NCBI GenBank assembly: GCA_030390025.1
Contig: CM059431.1
Span: 138,572,001 to 138,636,000, forward strand
Source: Squalus acanthias
Lineage: Eukaryota
Direction of reading: 5' to 3'
DNA length: 64,000 bases
Under the pieces are notes generated by a model. The model saw nothing but the letters and a program-made list of their open reading frames with translations. It ran no database searches and had not been told where the DNA came from. Below, in pieces: positions 26,101 to 37,509 of this stretch. A program made the translations under genes and the position numbers. The first letter of the stretch is position 1. Each line of letters begins with the position of its first letter.

Positions 26101-27049
26101 GCACTTCTTTCTCCAATCGCCCGACCCGGGCCTCCCGCCTCTTGGTCGACCCCTTCGCGTACTCCTGACAGAAGACGCGGACGTGAGCCTTGCCCACGTC
26201 CCACCATAGCCTCAAGGAGGGGAAGCCTCCCCGCTTCCTTCTCCAGTCGGCCCAGAACCGGCGAAACGAATCCCGGAACCGCGCGTCCTCCAGCAGCAGG
26301 TTGTTAAAATGCCAGTACGCGGACCCCCCCCGCGCGCGCAGCGGAGCGAGCTCCGCCCACACCAGGTGGTGGTCCGTGCACGGCACCGGCCGCATGGAAG
26401 CCGCCGGAACGCAGGAGACGTACGCCCGGGAAATGTAAAGGCGGTCGATTCTGGACCTTCCTCCTCCAGACCTCACGCTCGTGAAGGCGCTGGAGTCGGG
26501 ATGGAGATTTCGCCAGACGTCCACCAAGTCGAAGGACCCGACCAGGTCCCGCAACTTCTCCATCGCCGCCGGGCTTCGCGGGGGACCCGACCGGTCCCGC
26601 GCCTCGAGGGTACAATTGAAATCCCCCCCGAGGATGACGCACTCGCCCACGTCGATGGAGCCCAGAAGAGCGGACACTTCTCCGAAGAAGCGCACTTGCT
26701 GCGCACCGGTCCGGGGGGCGTACACGTTCACTAAATGGAGCGGCACGCCTCCCAGGCGAACAGTGACCTGGAGCAAGCGGCCCGGCACGTGCTCCTTGAC
26801 CCTCAAGATCTCCGGCTGAAAATGCGGGGCCAGCAAGACAGCCACCCCGCAGGAATTGTTGGAGAGGTGACTCATGCTGACCCCTCCTTGCCACTCCAGG
26901 AGCCACGTGGCCTCGTCTCCCGGAACGGTGTGGGTTTCTTGCAGGAAGCACACCGCATATTTCCCGTCCCGAAGGACCGAGAAGTTATTGAATCTACGGC
27001 GCGCCTCCCTGCTGCCGTTGATGTTGAGGCTGGCTATGGTTATCTTCAT
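23150..27049 (-). CDS. Tx1 ORF2 copy 1: APE endonuclease, reverse transcriptase, C-terminal CCHC; 1299 aa from ATG, intact
   Basis: MKITIASLNING, FLQETH, ILGGDFN, SRIDRLY, TDHHLV; KSPGLDG, NWRPVSLL, LDQEKAFD, GVRQGCPMS, YADD; CHFCGLEESVYHIYVEC. Confidence 0.97.
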   Translation of the reverse strand: MKITIASLNINGSREARRRFNNFSVLRDGKYAVCFLQETHTVPGDEATWLLEWQGGVSMSHLSNNSCGVAVLLAPHFQPEILRVKEHVPGRLLQVTVRLGGVPLHLVNVYAPRTGAQQVRFFGEVSALLGSIDVGECVILGGDFNCTLEARDRSGPPRSPAAMEKLRDLVGSFDLVDVWRNLHPDSSAFTSVRSGGGRSRIDRLYISRAYVSCVPAASMRPVPCTDHHLVWAELAPLRARGGSAYWHFNNLLLEDARFRDSFRRFWADWRRKRGGFPSLRLWWDVGKAHVRVFCQEYAKGSTKRREARVGRLEKEVLDLESRLGQVVEDPALRKVYEEKKGALKDLQLVGSRGAYVRSRIQFLRDLDRGSPFFYSLEKRRGVRKQLLGLLADDGSLVSDPEGISAEARAYYGALFSSDPSSEDARRVLWEDLPKVGPEGAENLEAPLSLAELTGALRQLSRGKSPGLDGLTVEFHRAFWDVLGDDYARVLGESLATGEMPLSWRRAVIVLLPKKGDLRLLKNWRPVSLLSTDYKIFARAMSARLGTVLARMIHPDQSYTVPGRSIHDNIHLVRDLVHHSQRAGLSVAFLSLDQEKAFDRVDHEYLFGTLRAFGFGTHFVARIRLLYAAAECLIKVNGSLTAPLRFGRGVRQGCPMSGQLYAVCVEPFLRLLRKRLTGLALQGPGVEVVLSAYADDVLLAVTDPVDLRRMRECQQIYSDASSAKINWEKCSGLLVGPWRVDSLPEEFGPFAWSTTHLLYLGVYLSPAEDAWPANWQELEAKVTARLGRWTGLLRVLSYRGRALVINQLVAAMLWYRLVTLIPPPAFVAKMQKKLVDFFWDKRKHWVSAAVLSLPLREGGQALVCLRTQAATFRLQTLQRYLYVENPPRWRALATYFFRQLHGLNYDTQLLFVRVGGTRASLRELPVFYQELLWVWNSVASERSSPPSGAAAVLREPLFRNPHLHDRGFGWLAEGRAVPGKVTRVGDLLDGGGAGWMAPEELARRMSWVNVRLAVKAIESLKVALGPVSTRCVEEAQARGAIPSELTPVRTEFLIGARPRILPREPPPHHLSLLGEMPSVPFQSARRRFLYGLLLHTLHFAIFVCRPDTPWRTILPSGGGEGPHWKALYAGVFPCSIGDLAWRVLHGAVPCNRILSRFTDSQAACHFCGLEESVYHIYVECERLQPLFHYLKGLLLNFWLHFSPTLLIYGHPVRRGAGRSEDLLVGLLLGLAKKAINWSRQRAVEGVVRPDCLPLFRGHVRARVALEMEHAVSAGTLEFFRDRWAPRGLECIVTPDFQILI

Positions 27050-27074
27050 CTCAGAAGCATAGTGCAACCTCTAC

Positions 27075-29223
27075 CTAACGGAGGGGAGGGAGCGCGGTCA
27101 CTGACGACCGCCACTCCCTCAGCAGCCCAGTGTGGAAACTCTTGAGCCGACGCAGCTCGAGCCGGCCAACGTCCTTGTCCGCGCCCATGAATTTAACGGC
27201 GGCGCGGACGGACACGACGAGCAGCGCCAGCTCCGACCACTTGTCGAGGGCCAGCCGGATCTTCTTGTGACGACCCTGGCTCACGGCCATAAAATCCCGG
27301 AGTTCCCCTACGGGGATGAGGGGAGAGTCGGTGAAGGGCACGAGGGCGTCCATCGCCTCGCTGCCGATGGACTCCAAATCGTCCTCGTTGCCCAACACCG
27401 AGTCCCCGTCCTCCTCCGGGAGGTCGTCACCGGCGGCCAACCCGTCCGTCACACGGAGTGCAGCGAACGGCTCGGCCGCACCGGCCGGCCCCGCCTCCGT
27501 CACGATCCCACCCCCAGGATCGGTGGCAGAGGAGTCCACCCTGGGCTCCTTCAGGGGCGCCAGGCCAGGAGGCGGCGGCGGTTCGGGGCCCCCCCCCCGC
27601 CTCAGGCGCCGGAGCGACCGGAGAAACCGGGGAGAAAATAATCCCAAATTCCTCCAGCACGTCCGGCGCCAACAACAGAGACGGAGTCAGGGGGCTTTCC
27701 GTCTCCCCGCCACCAACCTCCGACCCAGCGGGCCGGGGACTGCTACACTCCTCCACCAGGTCGAGCAGTCCCTGGGAGATATCTGGATTGTAAAAGGCGG
27801 GCACGGCTTCAGCCTCTTTGGCCTCGCCCGCCCCAGTCCCCAGGACGCCCGACCCGGCGAGGAGCAACGGTTCCGGTTCTACACTTCCCCCCGCGGGTTG
27901 TTCCGCGCCCCCCCCCACGGGCAGGGTCTCTACCCCATCCCCGGGAGGCACAGGTCGGACAGACTCGGCTGTCTCACCCTCCCGAGGGACAGACGACCCC
28001 TGCCGATCGCGCGCGACGATGACGGTGGTGGGGTGGGGCGCAGCACCCGCGGCGGGCGACTGCCCCCCTTTTGCGGAGGGACCTTCCTCCTCGCAGTCCT
28101 CCTGCTGGGGGCGGAGCTTTCTTTTTAACAAGTTGGGGCCCGGAGAGGGGGAGGCCTCCATGTCTGATGGGGCCTCCCTCTCTGCCCCTTTCCGACGACT
28201 GGGTTTCTTGGGCCCCTCGGGCCCGAGCCCGGCCGCAGGTCTTGATTCAGCTGCCTCAGCAGTTGCGGTCACGGTCACGGGCCCGGGCACGAGGACCCCC
28301 CCAGTCTCATGCGTCCCAACCAACTCCGCGATATACTCGGGCGTGAGTTCGGTCAACTCCGATGTTTCCTCCGCGAGGGGATCCGCCCTTAGATGTTTAT
28401 TTTACCTACGCGCCTTCCTTCCCCCCGGACGCTCTCCTTCCTCCCCGCCGGAGGCCGTGGTGGTGTTGGCCTCCGATTTCGACCGCGCATCCGTCGCCGT
28501 CGACGCGCGGACAGTATCAGGGGGAGGGGGGGCGGCGGCGCCAACCCTGGCCGCGCCAGGTGTCGTGGCGGCCTTGGAGGCGGGGCAGTTTTTGCGGACG
28601 TGCCCCACCTCCTTACAGGCGTAGCACCGCACGCCGTCCGAGGTCCAGAAGACGCGGTGGGCGGTCCCCCCGTGGAGCACCGTGAACGCGCCGTCCGCGT
28701 CCTCCTCCCGCGCCAGCCGGACGAAAAGCTGGCGCCGGAAGGAGAAGACGTGCCGAAGGCTGGCTTCCCGGAAGCCGAGCGGGATGGGTGTGATCCCCGA
28801 CCTCACCTCCCCCAGTTGACGTAGGTGGGGGAGGAGGAGCTCACCCGGAACAAAGGGCGGGACGTTGGAAACCACAATCCTTTGCGCGGTGGCCTCAAGG
28901 GGGTCCACCGGCAGGAAGGTCCCGCCCACGGTGAGCCCCTTCTCGATGGCCAGGGACACCGCCCGCTCCGACCCCAGGAAGAACACAGCCTTGCCGTACA
29001 TTTTAGAGGCGGCGACGATGGCTGAAGGGCCGACAACCCCAGCCATGGCTTTAACGCACGCCTCTATAGTCATGTTGGGGTGAGTGTAGCTCTTGACCCC
29101 ATTCTTCCTCGTAAGGAGGGTAAAAGGTGACGGGGTAACAGGAGGACTCGTGGCTGCGGCCGCGGCTGCCACGCTCGCATACGTCCTCGCTGCCCCCGCC
29201 ACCGACCAAGATGTACTCGCCAT
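27075..29223 (-). pseudogene. Tx1 ORF1 copy 1 (RRM-like region, zinc knuckle, long low-complexity tail), frameshifted
   Basis: MAST..., RIVVSNVPPFV, SFRRQLFV, CYACKEVGHVRKNC. Frame breaks near 28400 and near 27570-27600. Confidence 0.88.
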
Positions 29224-30333
29224 AATGGAGGGTTCTTTAAGGGCTACACTCACCCCAAGTCACAGGCCTGAAGGTGTTAATGGCCTCGGTTTTTTTGTTT
29301 TAGTTTTCCCCTGAGCAGAGGGAGCTCTTAAATTGAAGGCACACCTCTCCCTTTATATGAATTAATTGGGAGAGGGGCCTTCTCCCCTCTGCTCAATGGG
29401 TACTTAATAAAAAGATAATGAGGTGCCTCTTAGAGAGAGAGGCAGAGAGAGACAAGAGACAAAGAGAGAGAGAGAGGGGGGTGGGAAGGAGGGAAGCCGC
29501 AAGGGCAGGGTCGCCACTCAGGATGGTGGGTGGGTGGGTGTTGGCAGGGGGGTGCACTCTCCGATGTAATAAAAGTCTTTGGTGGTGGTCTTCTGGTGGG
29601 GGGAGAAGATGTCTTCACCTGGGATAGCTGGAGACGCCCAGGCTCAGTCCTGCACCAGGTCTTAACGATGCCCAATAAGATTAAATTAATTGGGGAACTT
29701 CACCTAGGCAGCTCCAGCTGTCCCAGGTCAGGCAATGGGAAAGGGGTGTTTAATATGGTGTGTGCGGCCTAGCTTTTACAGAAGCCACACACACTCACAC
29801 ACACACCCCTTAGATGTTCCGGCCTTCTTCTTTTCTTCTTTCCTCCTCCCACCTACAAAACAAAGTCTCTGGGAGAGTGCACCAGAATCACACCCACCTG
29901 TAGCTTTGTTCTTTCCTTCCTTCTTCCTTCCAAACAGATGATGTTTGTTGGTGATGTTTTTCTCCCCTCTCTCCCTCTCCTAAAATGGAGGCCAATTGAG
30001 GAGGCAGTGTGGAAAGGCCTCTCCTCTGTTGTTAATGGCCTTGGCCTTCTTTTCTTTTCTTTCTCCTCTCCTGTCCTCTCTCTCCAGGCACCTCAGTAGT
30101 GGTTGTTGGTTGTTGGTGGTGGTCTGCTGTCTGGTCTCCTTCTCCTTCTCCTCTTCCTGGTCACAGAGACCACCACTCTGCTGCTGCTGCTGCTGCTGCT
30201 CCCCACAAGCTTGTGATTTCAAATAAAGCTGTTGGACTATAACCTGGTGTTGATCTTTTTGGTTGGACAAATCAGGTTGAACAAATCAAAATTTACTGTA
30301 AATCAATTAAAACTTGAAATGAAACTTAATAAA

Positions 30334-33300
30334 TCAAATTAAAATTTGAAAGTCCGGGGTGACGATGCAATCCAGTCCCCGCGGCGCCCACCGGTCGCGG
30401 AAAAACTCAAGCGTGCCGGCGGACACCGCGTGCTCCATCTCCAGGGCCACCCGGGCGCGAACATGGCCGCGGAAGAGAGGCAGGCAATCGGGCCGAACGA
30501 CCCCCTCGACCGCCCGCTGCCTGGACCAATTAATGGCTTTCTTGGCCAGGCCCAGGAGCAGTCCTACGAGGAGGTCCTCCGACCTACCCGCTCCCCTCCG
30601 CACCGGGTGACCGTAGATCAGGAGCGTGGGGCTGAAGTGCAACCAGAAATTGAGGAGCAGCCCCTTCAAATAATGAAAGAGGGGCTGCAACCTCTCACAC
30701 TCAATATAAATGTGATAGACGGACTCCTCCAGGCCGCAGAAATGGCAAGCAGCCTGGGAGTCCGTAAACCTACTTAAAATCCTATTGCACGGGACTGCTC
30801 CGTGCAACACCCTCCAGGCCAAGTCCCCAATAGAACAAGGGAAGACTCCCGCGTAGAGAGCCTTCCAATGGGGACCTTCGCCTCCGCCGGACGGCAGGAT
30901 GGTACGCCAAGGCGTGTCCGGACGGCAGACGAAGATGGCAAAGTGGAGAGTGTGCAGGAGCAGCCCGTACAGGAAACGCCTCCGTGCGGATTGAAAGGGC
31001 ACGGAGGGCATTTCTCCGAGAAGGCTCAAGTGGTGAGGCGGCGGCTCCCGAGGGAGGATTCGGGGCCGGGCGCCGATAAGGAATTCCGTCCGAACGGGGG
31101 TCAGTTCGGACGGGATCGCCCCACGTGCTTGAGCCTCCTCGACACACCTAGTGGAGACGGGGCCCAGTGCCACTTTTAGCGACTCGATGGCTTTGACCGC
31201 GAGCCGGACGTTGACCCAGGACATGCGCCTCGCCAACTCCTCCGGCGCCATCCAGCCCGCTCCTCCGCCATCGAGCAGGTCCCCGACTCTGGTCACCTTA
31301 CCGGGCACAGCCCTGCCCTCCGCCAGCCAGCCGAACCCGCGGTCGTGGAGGTGCGGATTCCTGAACAGCGGCTCCCGAAGGACGGCCGCCGCTCCTGACG
31401 GGGGAGAACTGCGCTCGGAGGCGACGCTGTTCCAAACCCATAGCAGTTCCTGGTAGAAGACAGGCAGCTCCCGCAGGCTGGCACGCGTGCCACCCACTCT
31501 CACAAACAGGAGCTGCGTGTCGTAATTGAGGCCGTGCAGCTGGCGGAAGAAATACGTCGCCAGCGCACGCCACCTAGGAGGATTCTCTACGTACAGGTAT
31601 CTCTGCAGCGTCTGAAGACGGAAAGTCGCCGCCTGGGTGCGAAGGCACACCAGCGCCTGACCGCCCTCGCTAAGCGGGAGACTCAAAACTGCGGCAGAGA
31701 CCCAGTGCTTCCTTTTGTCCCGGAAGAAGTCGACGAGCTTCTTCTGCATCTTGGCGACAAACGCAGGGGGAGGGATCAAAGTGATCAACCGGTACCACAA
31801 CATGGCGGCCACCAGCTGGTTTATGACCAGCGCTCGACCCCTGTAGGACAACACTCGGAGCAGTCCTGTCCAGCGTCCTAGGCGAGCGGTGACTTTGGCC
31901 TCCAGCTCTTGCCAGTTCGCCGGCCAGGCGTCCTCGGCCGGGCTGAGGTAGACTCCCAGGTAGAGGAGGTGCGTGGTGCTCCAGGCGAAAGGCCCGAACT
32001 CCTCCGGCAGGGAGTCCACCCGCCATGGGCCCACCAGGAGTCCAGAACATTTCTCCCAGTTGATCTTGGCGGAGGATGCGTCCGAGTAAATCTGCTGGCA
32101 TTCTCGCATCCTCCGCAAGTCGACGGGATCCGTGACCGCGAGGAGCACGTCATCGGCGTAAGCCGAGAGGACCACCTCCACGCCCGGCCCTTGCAGAGCC
32201 AGTCCCGTCAACCTCTTCCGCAAGAGGCGCAGGAAAGGCTCCACGCAAACGGCGTATAACTGACCGGACATGGGGCATCCCTGACGCACCCCCCTCCCGA
32301 AGCGAAGGGGCGCCGTCAAAGACCCGTTAACTTTAATCAGACACTCCGCGGCGGCGTACAGAAGTCGGATCCGGGCGACGAAATGCGTCCCGAACCCGAA
32401 TGCGCGCAGAGTCCCGAAAAGATACTCGTGATCCACCCTGTCGAACGCCTTCTCCTGATCCAGGGAAAGGAAGGCGACCGACAGACCAGCCCTCTGGGAA
32501 TGGTGGACCAGGTCCCGGACCAGATGGATGTTATCGTGGATGCTCCGGCCCGGGACCGTGTAGGACTGGTCGGGGTGGATCATGCGGGCCAGCACGGTGC
32601 CAAGGCGAGCAGACATAGCCCTGGCGAAAATTTTGTAGTCCGTGCTGAGGAGGGAGACCGGGCGCCAGTTCTTAAGTAGGCGGAGATCGCCCTTCTTGGG
32701 CAGCAGGACGATGACCGCCCTGCGCCAAGAGAGGGGCATCTCCCCGGTCGCCAGACTTTCCCCCAGGACCCGCGCGTAGTCGTCCCCCAAGACGTCCCAG
32801 AACGCCCTGTGGAACTCCACGGTCAGCCCGTCCAGCCCCGGGGACTTGCCCCTCGAGAGCTGGCGCAGGGCGCCGGTCAGCTCCGCCAGGCTTAGCGGAG
32901 CTTCTAAATTCTCGGCGCCCTCCGGGCCGACCTTCGGCAGGTCCTCCCACAAAACTCTGCGCGCATCCTCGCTGGACGGATCCGAAGAGAACAGAGCCCC
33001 GTAATAGGCCCGGGCCTCCGCGCTGATGCCCTCCGGATCCGAGACCAGAGATCCGTCGTCGGCCAGCAGCCCCAAGAGCTGCTTACGGACCCCCCGTCTT
33101 TTTTCCAGCGAGTAGAAGAAGGGGGAGCCGCGGTCCAGGTCCCGCAGGAACTGGATCCGCGACCTCACGTACGCGCCTCGGGACCCGACCAGCTGCAGGT
33201 CCTTCAGCGCGCCCTTCTTCTCTTCGTACACCTTCCGCAGGGCCGGGTCCTCGACGACTTGACCGAGACGGGACTCCAGGTCGAGCACTTCTTTCTCCAA

Positions 33301-34233
33301 TCGCCCGACCCGGGCCGCCCGCCTCTTGGTCGACCCCTTCGCGTACTCCTGACAGAAGACGCGGACGTGAGCCTTGCCCACGTCCCACCATAGCCTCAAG
33401 GAGGGGAAGCCTCCCCGCTTCCTTCTCCAGTCGGCCCAGAACCGGCGAAACGAATCCCGGAACCGCGCGTCCTCCAGCAGCAGGTTGTTAAAATGCCAGT
33501 ACGCGGACCCCCCCCGCGCGCGCAGCGGAGCGAGCTCCGCCCACACCAGGTGGTGGTCCGTGCACGGCACCGGCCGCATGGAAGCCGCCGGAACGCAGGA
33601 GACGTACGCCCGGGAAATGTAAAGGCGGTCGATTCTGGACCTTCCTCCTCCAGACCTCACGCTCGTGAAGGCGCTGGAGTCGGGATGGAGATTTCGCCAG
33701 ACGTCCACCAAGTCGAAGGACCCGACCAGGTCCCGCAACTTCTCCATCGCCGCCGGGCTTCGCGGGGGACCCGACCGGTCCCGCGCCTCGAGGGTACAAT
33801 TGAAATCCCCCCCGAGGATGACGCACTCGCCCACGTCGATGGAGCCCAGAAGAGCGGACACTTCTCCGAAGAAGCGCACTTGCTGCGCACCGGTCCGGGG
33901 GGCGTACACGTTCACTAAATGGAGCGGCACGCCTCCCAGGCGAACAGTGACCTGGAGCAAGCGGCCCGGCACGTGCTCCTTGACCCTCAAGATCTCCGGC
34001 TGAAAATGCGGGGCCAGCAAGACAGCCACCCCGCAGGAATTGTTAGAGAGGTGACTCATGCTGACCCCTCCTTGCCACTCCAGGAGCCACGTGGCCTCGT
34101 CTCCCGGAACGGTGTGGGTTTCTTGCAGGAAGCACACCGCATATTTCCCGTCCCGAAGGACCGAGAAGTTATTGAATCTACGGCGCGCCTCCCTGCTGCC
34201 GTTGATGTTGAGGCTGGCTATGGTTATCTTCAT
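30334..34233 (-). CDS. Tx1 ORF2 copy 2, intact, 1299 aa
   Basis: Same motifs, with a few substitutions versus copy 1 (e.g. KRRAAR, FFRDKR, LSEGG, GLDCIV). Confidence 0.97.
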   Translation of the reverse strand: MKITIASLNINGSREARRRFNNFSVLRDGKYAVCFLQETHTVPGDEATWLLEWQGGVSMSHLSNNSCGVAVLLAPHFQPEILRVKEHVPGRLLQVTVRLGGVPLHLVNVYAPRTGAQQVRFFGEVSALLGSIDVGECVILGGDFNCTLEARDRSGPPRSPAAMEKLRDLVGSFDLVDVWRNLHPDSSAFTSVRSGGGRSRIDRLYISRAYVSCVPAASMRPVPCTDHHLVWAELAPLRARGGSAYWHFNNLLLEDARFRDSFRRFWADWRRKRGGFPSLRLWWDVGKAHVRVFCQEYAKGSTKRRAARVGRLEKEVLDLESRLGQVVEDPALRKVYEEKKGALKDLQLVGSRGAYVRSRIQFLRDLDRGSPFFYSLEKRRGVRKQLLGLLADDGSLVSDPEGISAEARAYYGALFSSDPSSEDARRVLWEDLPKVGPEGAENLEAPLSLAELTGALRQLSRGKSPGLDGLTVEFHRAFWDVLGDDYARVLGESLATGEMPLSWRRAVIVLLPKKGDLRLLKNWRPVSLLSTDYKIFARAMSARLGTVLARMIHPDQSYTVPGRSIHDNIHLVRDLVHHSQRAGLSVAFLSLDQEKAFDRVDHEYLFGTLRAFGFGTHFVARIRLLYAAAECLIKVNGSLTAPLRFGRGVRQGCPMSGQLYAVCVEPFLRLLRKRLTGLALQGPGVEVVLSAYADDVLLAVTDPVDLRRMRECQQIYSDASSAKINWEKCSGLLVGPWRVDSLPEEFGPFAWSTTHLLYLGVYLSPAEDAWPANWQELEAKVTARLGRWTGLLRVLSYRGRALVINQLVAAMLWYRLITLIPPPAFVAKMQKKLVDFFRDKRKHWVSAAVLSLPLSEGGQALVCLRTQAATFRLQTLQRYLYVENPPRWRALATYFFRQLHGLNYDTQLLFVRVGGTRASLRELPVFYQELLWVWNSVASERSSPPSGAAAVLREPLFRNPHLHDRGFGWLAEGRAVPGKVTRVGDLLDGGGAGWMAPEELARRMSWVNVRLAVKAIESLKVALGPVSTRCVEEAQARGAIPSELTPVRTEFLIGARPRILPREPPPHHLSLLGEMPSVPFQSARRRFLYGLLLHTLHFAIFVCRPDTPWRTILPSGGGEGPHWKALYAGVFPCSIGDLAWRVLHGAVPCNRILSRFTDSQAACHFCGLEESVYHIYIECERLQPLFHYLKGLLLNFWLHFSPTLLIYGHPVRRGAGRSEDLLVGLLLGLAKKAINWSRQRAVEGVVRPDCLPLFRGHVRARVALEMEHAVSAGTLEFFRDRWAPRGLDCIVTPDFQILI

Positions 34234-34258
34234 CTCAGAAGCATAGTGCAACCTCTAC

Positions 34259-36414
34259 CTAACGGAGGGGAGGGAGCGCGGTCACTGACGACCGCCACTC
34301 CCTCAGCAGCCCAGTGTGGAAACTCTTGAGCCGACGCAGCTCGAGCCGGCCAACGTCCTTGTCCGCGCCCATGATTTTAACGGCGGCGCGGACGGACACG
34401 ACGAGCAGCGCCAGCTCCGACCACTTGTCGAGGGCCAGCCGGATCTTCTTGTGACGACCCTGGCTCACGGCCATAAAATCCCGGAGTTCCCCTACGGGGA
34501 TGAGGGGAGAGTCGGTGAAGGGCACGAGGGCGTCCATCACCTCGCTGCCGATGGACTCCAAATCGTCCTCGTTGCCCAACACCGAGTCCCCGTCCTCCTC
34601 CGGGAGGTCGTCACCGGCGGCCAACCCGTCCGTCACACGGGGTGCAGCGAACGGCTCGGCCGCACCGGCCGGCCCCGCCTCCGTCACGATCCCACCCCCA
34701 GGATCGGTGGCAGAGGAGTCCACCCTGGGCTCCTTCAGGGGCGCCGGGCCGGGAGGCGGCGGCGGCGGTTCGGGGCCCCCCCCCGCCTCAGGCGCCGGGG
34801 CGACCGGAGAAACCGGGGAGAAAATAATCCCAAATTCCTCCAGCACGTCCGGCGCCAACGACAGAGACGGAGTCAGGGGGCTTTCCGTCTCCCCGCCACC
34901 AACCTCCGACCCAGCGGGCTGGGGATTGCTACACTCCTCCACCAGGTCGAGCAGTCCCTGGGAGATGTCTGGGTTATAAAAGGCGGGCTCGGCTTCAGCC
35001 TCTTTGGCCTCGCCCGCCCCAGTCCCCAGGACGCCCGACCCGGCGAGGAGCAACGGTTCCGGTACTACATTTCCCTCCGCGGGTTGTTCCGCGCCCCCCC
35101 CCCACGGGCAGGGTCTCTTCCCCATCCCCGGGAGGCACAGGTCGGACAGACTCGGCTGTCTCACCCTCCCGAGGGACAGACGACCCCTGCCGATCGCGCG
35201 CGACGATGACGGTGGTGGGGTGGGGCGCAGCACCCGCGGCGGGCGACTGCCCCCCTTTTGCGGAGGGACCTTCCTCCTCGCAGTCCTCCTGCTGGGGGCG
35301 GAGCTTTCTTTTTAACAAGTTGGGGCCCGGAGAGGGGGAGGCCTCCATGTCTGCTGGGGCCTCCCTCTCTGCCCCTTCCGACGACTGGGTTTCTTGGGCC
35401 CCTCGGGCCCGAGCCCGGCCGCAGGTCTTGATTTAGCTGCCTCAGCAGTTGCGGTCACGGTCACGGGCCCGGGCACGAGGACCCCCCCAGTCTCATGCGT
35501 CCCGACCAACTCCGCGATATACTCGGGCGTGAGTTCGGTCAATTCCGATGTTTCCTCCGCGAGGGGATCCGCCCTTAGTGTTTATTTTTCCTACGCGCCT
35601 TCCTTCCCCCCGGACGCTCTCCCTCCTCCCCGCCGGAGGCCGTGGTGGTGTTGGCCTCCGATTTCGACCGCGCATCCGTCGCCGTCGACGCGCGGACAGT
35701 ATCAGGGGGAGGGGGGGCGGCGGCGCCAACCCTGGCCGCGCCAGGTGTCGTGGCGGCCTTGGAGGCGGGGCAGTTTTTGCGGACGTGCCCCACCTCCTTA
35801 CAGGCGTAGCACCGCACGCCGTCCGAGGTCCAGAAGACGCGGTGGGCGGTCCCCCCGTGGAGCACCGTGAACGCGCCATCCGCGTCCTCCTCCCGCGCCA
35901 GCCGGACGAAAAGCTGGCGCCGGAAGGAGAAGACGTGCCGAAGGCTGGCTTCCCGGAAGCCGAGCGGGATGGGTGTGATCCCCGACCTCACCTCCCCCAG
36001 TTGACGTAGGTGGGGGAGGAGGAGCTCACCCGGAACAAAGGGCGGGACGTTGGAAACCACAATCCTTTGCGCGGTGGCCTCAAGGGGGTCCACCGGCAGG
36101 AAGGTCCCGCCCACGGTGAGCCCCTTCTCGATGGCCAGGGACACCGCCCGCTCCGACCCCAGGAAGAACACAGCCTTGCCGTACATTTTAGAGGCGGCGA
36201 CGATGGCTGAAGGGCCGACAACCCCAGCCATGGCTTTAACGCACGCCTCTATAGTCATGTTGGGGTGAGTGTAGCTCTTGACCCCATTCTTCCTCGTAAG
36301 GAGGGTAAAAGGTGACGGGGTAACAGGAGGACTCGTGGCTGCGGCCGTGGCCGCGGCTGCCACGCTCGCGTACGTCCTCGCTGCCCCCGCCACCGACGAA
36401 GATGTACTCGCCAT
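34259..36414 (-). pseudogene. Tx1 ORF1 copy 2, frameshifted
   Basis: Split over ORFs 35575-36444, 35312-35542, 34995-35348 and 34259-35233. Confidence 0.88.
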
Positions 36415-37509
36415 AATGGAGGGTTCTTTAAGGGCTACACTCACCCCAAGTCACAGGCCTGAAGGTGTTAATGGCCTCGGTTTTTTTGTTTTAGTTTTCC
36501 CCTGAGCAGAGGGAGCTCTTAAATTGAAGGCACACCTCTCCCTTTATATGAATTAATTGGGAGAGGGGCCTTCTCCCCTCTGCTCAATGGGTACTTAATA
36601 AAAGTAAATTGAGGTGCCTCTTAGAGAGAGAGGCAGAGAGAGACAAGAGACAAAGAGAGAGAGAGAGGGGGTGGGAAGGAGGGAAGCCGCAAGGGCAGGG
36701 TCGCCACTCAGGATGGTGGGTGGGTGGGTGTTGGCAGGGGGGTGCACTCTCCGATGTAATAAAAGTCTTTGGTGGTGGTCTTCTGGTGGGGGGAGAAGAT
36801 GTCTTCACCTGGGATAGCTGGAGATGCCCAGGCTCAGTCCTGCACCAGGTCTTAACGATGCCCAATAAGATTAAATTAATTGGGGAACTTCACCTAGGCA
36901 GCTCCAGCTGTCCCAGGTCAGGCAATGGGAAAGGGGTGTTTAATATGGTGTGTGCGGCCTAGCTTTTACAGAAGCCACACACACTCACACACACACCCCT
37001 TAGATGTTCCGGCCTTCTTCTTTTCTTCTTTCCTCCCCCACCTACAAAACAAAGTCTCTGGGAGAGTGCACCAGAATCACACCCACCTGTAGCTTGTTCT
37101 TTCCTTCCTTCTCCTCCTTCCAAACAGATGATGTTGTTGGTGTTGTTTTCTCCCCTCTCTCCCTCTCCTAAAATGGAGGCCAATTGAGGAGGCAGTGTGG
37201 AAAGGCCTCTCCTCTGTTGTTAATGGCCTTGGCCTTCTTTCTTTCTTTCTCCTCTCCTGTCCTCTCTCTCCAGGCACCTCAGTAGTGGTTGTTGGTTGTT
37301 GGTGGTGGTCTGCTGTCTGGTCTCCTTCTCCTTCTCCTCTTCCTGGTCACAGAGACCACCACTCTGCTGCTGCTGCTCCTCGTCAGCAGCTCCGAAAGCT
37401 TGTGATTTCAAATAAAGCTGTTGGACTATAACCTGGTGTTGATCTTTTTGGTTTGACAGAACGCAAATTTACTGTAAATCAATTAAAACTTGAAATGAAA
37501 CTTAATAAA

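Larger units (their letters stand above)
23082..30228 (-). mobile_element. Full-length Tx1-group (L1 clade) non-LTR retrotransposon, copy 1
   Basis: ~1 kb 5'UTR, ORF1, 25-nt spacer, ORF2, ~70-nt AT-rich 3'UTR ending aaaaagatg. Bounded by the 23-mer ctgttggactataacctggtgtt at 23059-23081 and 30229-30251. Confidence 0.95.
30252..37417 (-). mobile_element. Full-length Tx1 copy 2
   Basis: Same organisation as copy 1; bounded by the 23-mer at 30229-30251 and 37418-37440. Confidence 0.95.

Noticed and set aside
27050..27067. ORF2 start at the track's MHYASE extension and ORF1 start at MSVALKEPSI
   Set aside because: These begin at TTG/GTG. The first ATGs (MKITIASLN, MAST) match the usual domain starts.
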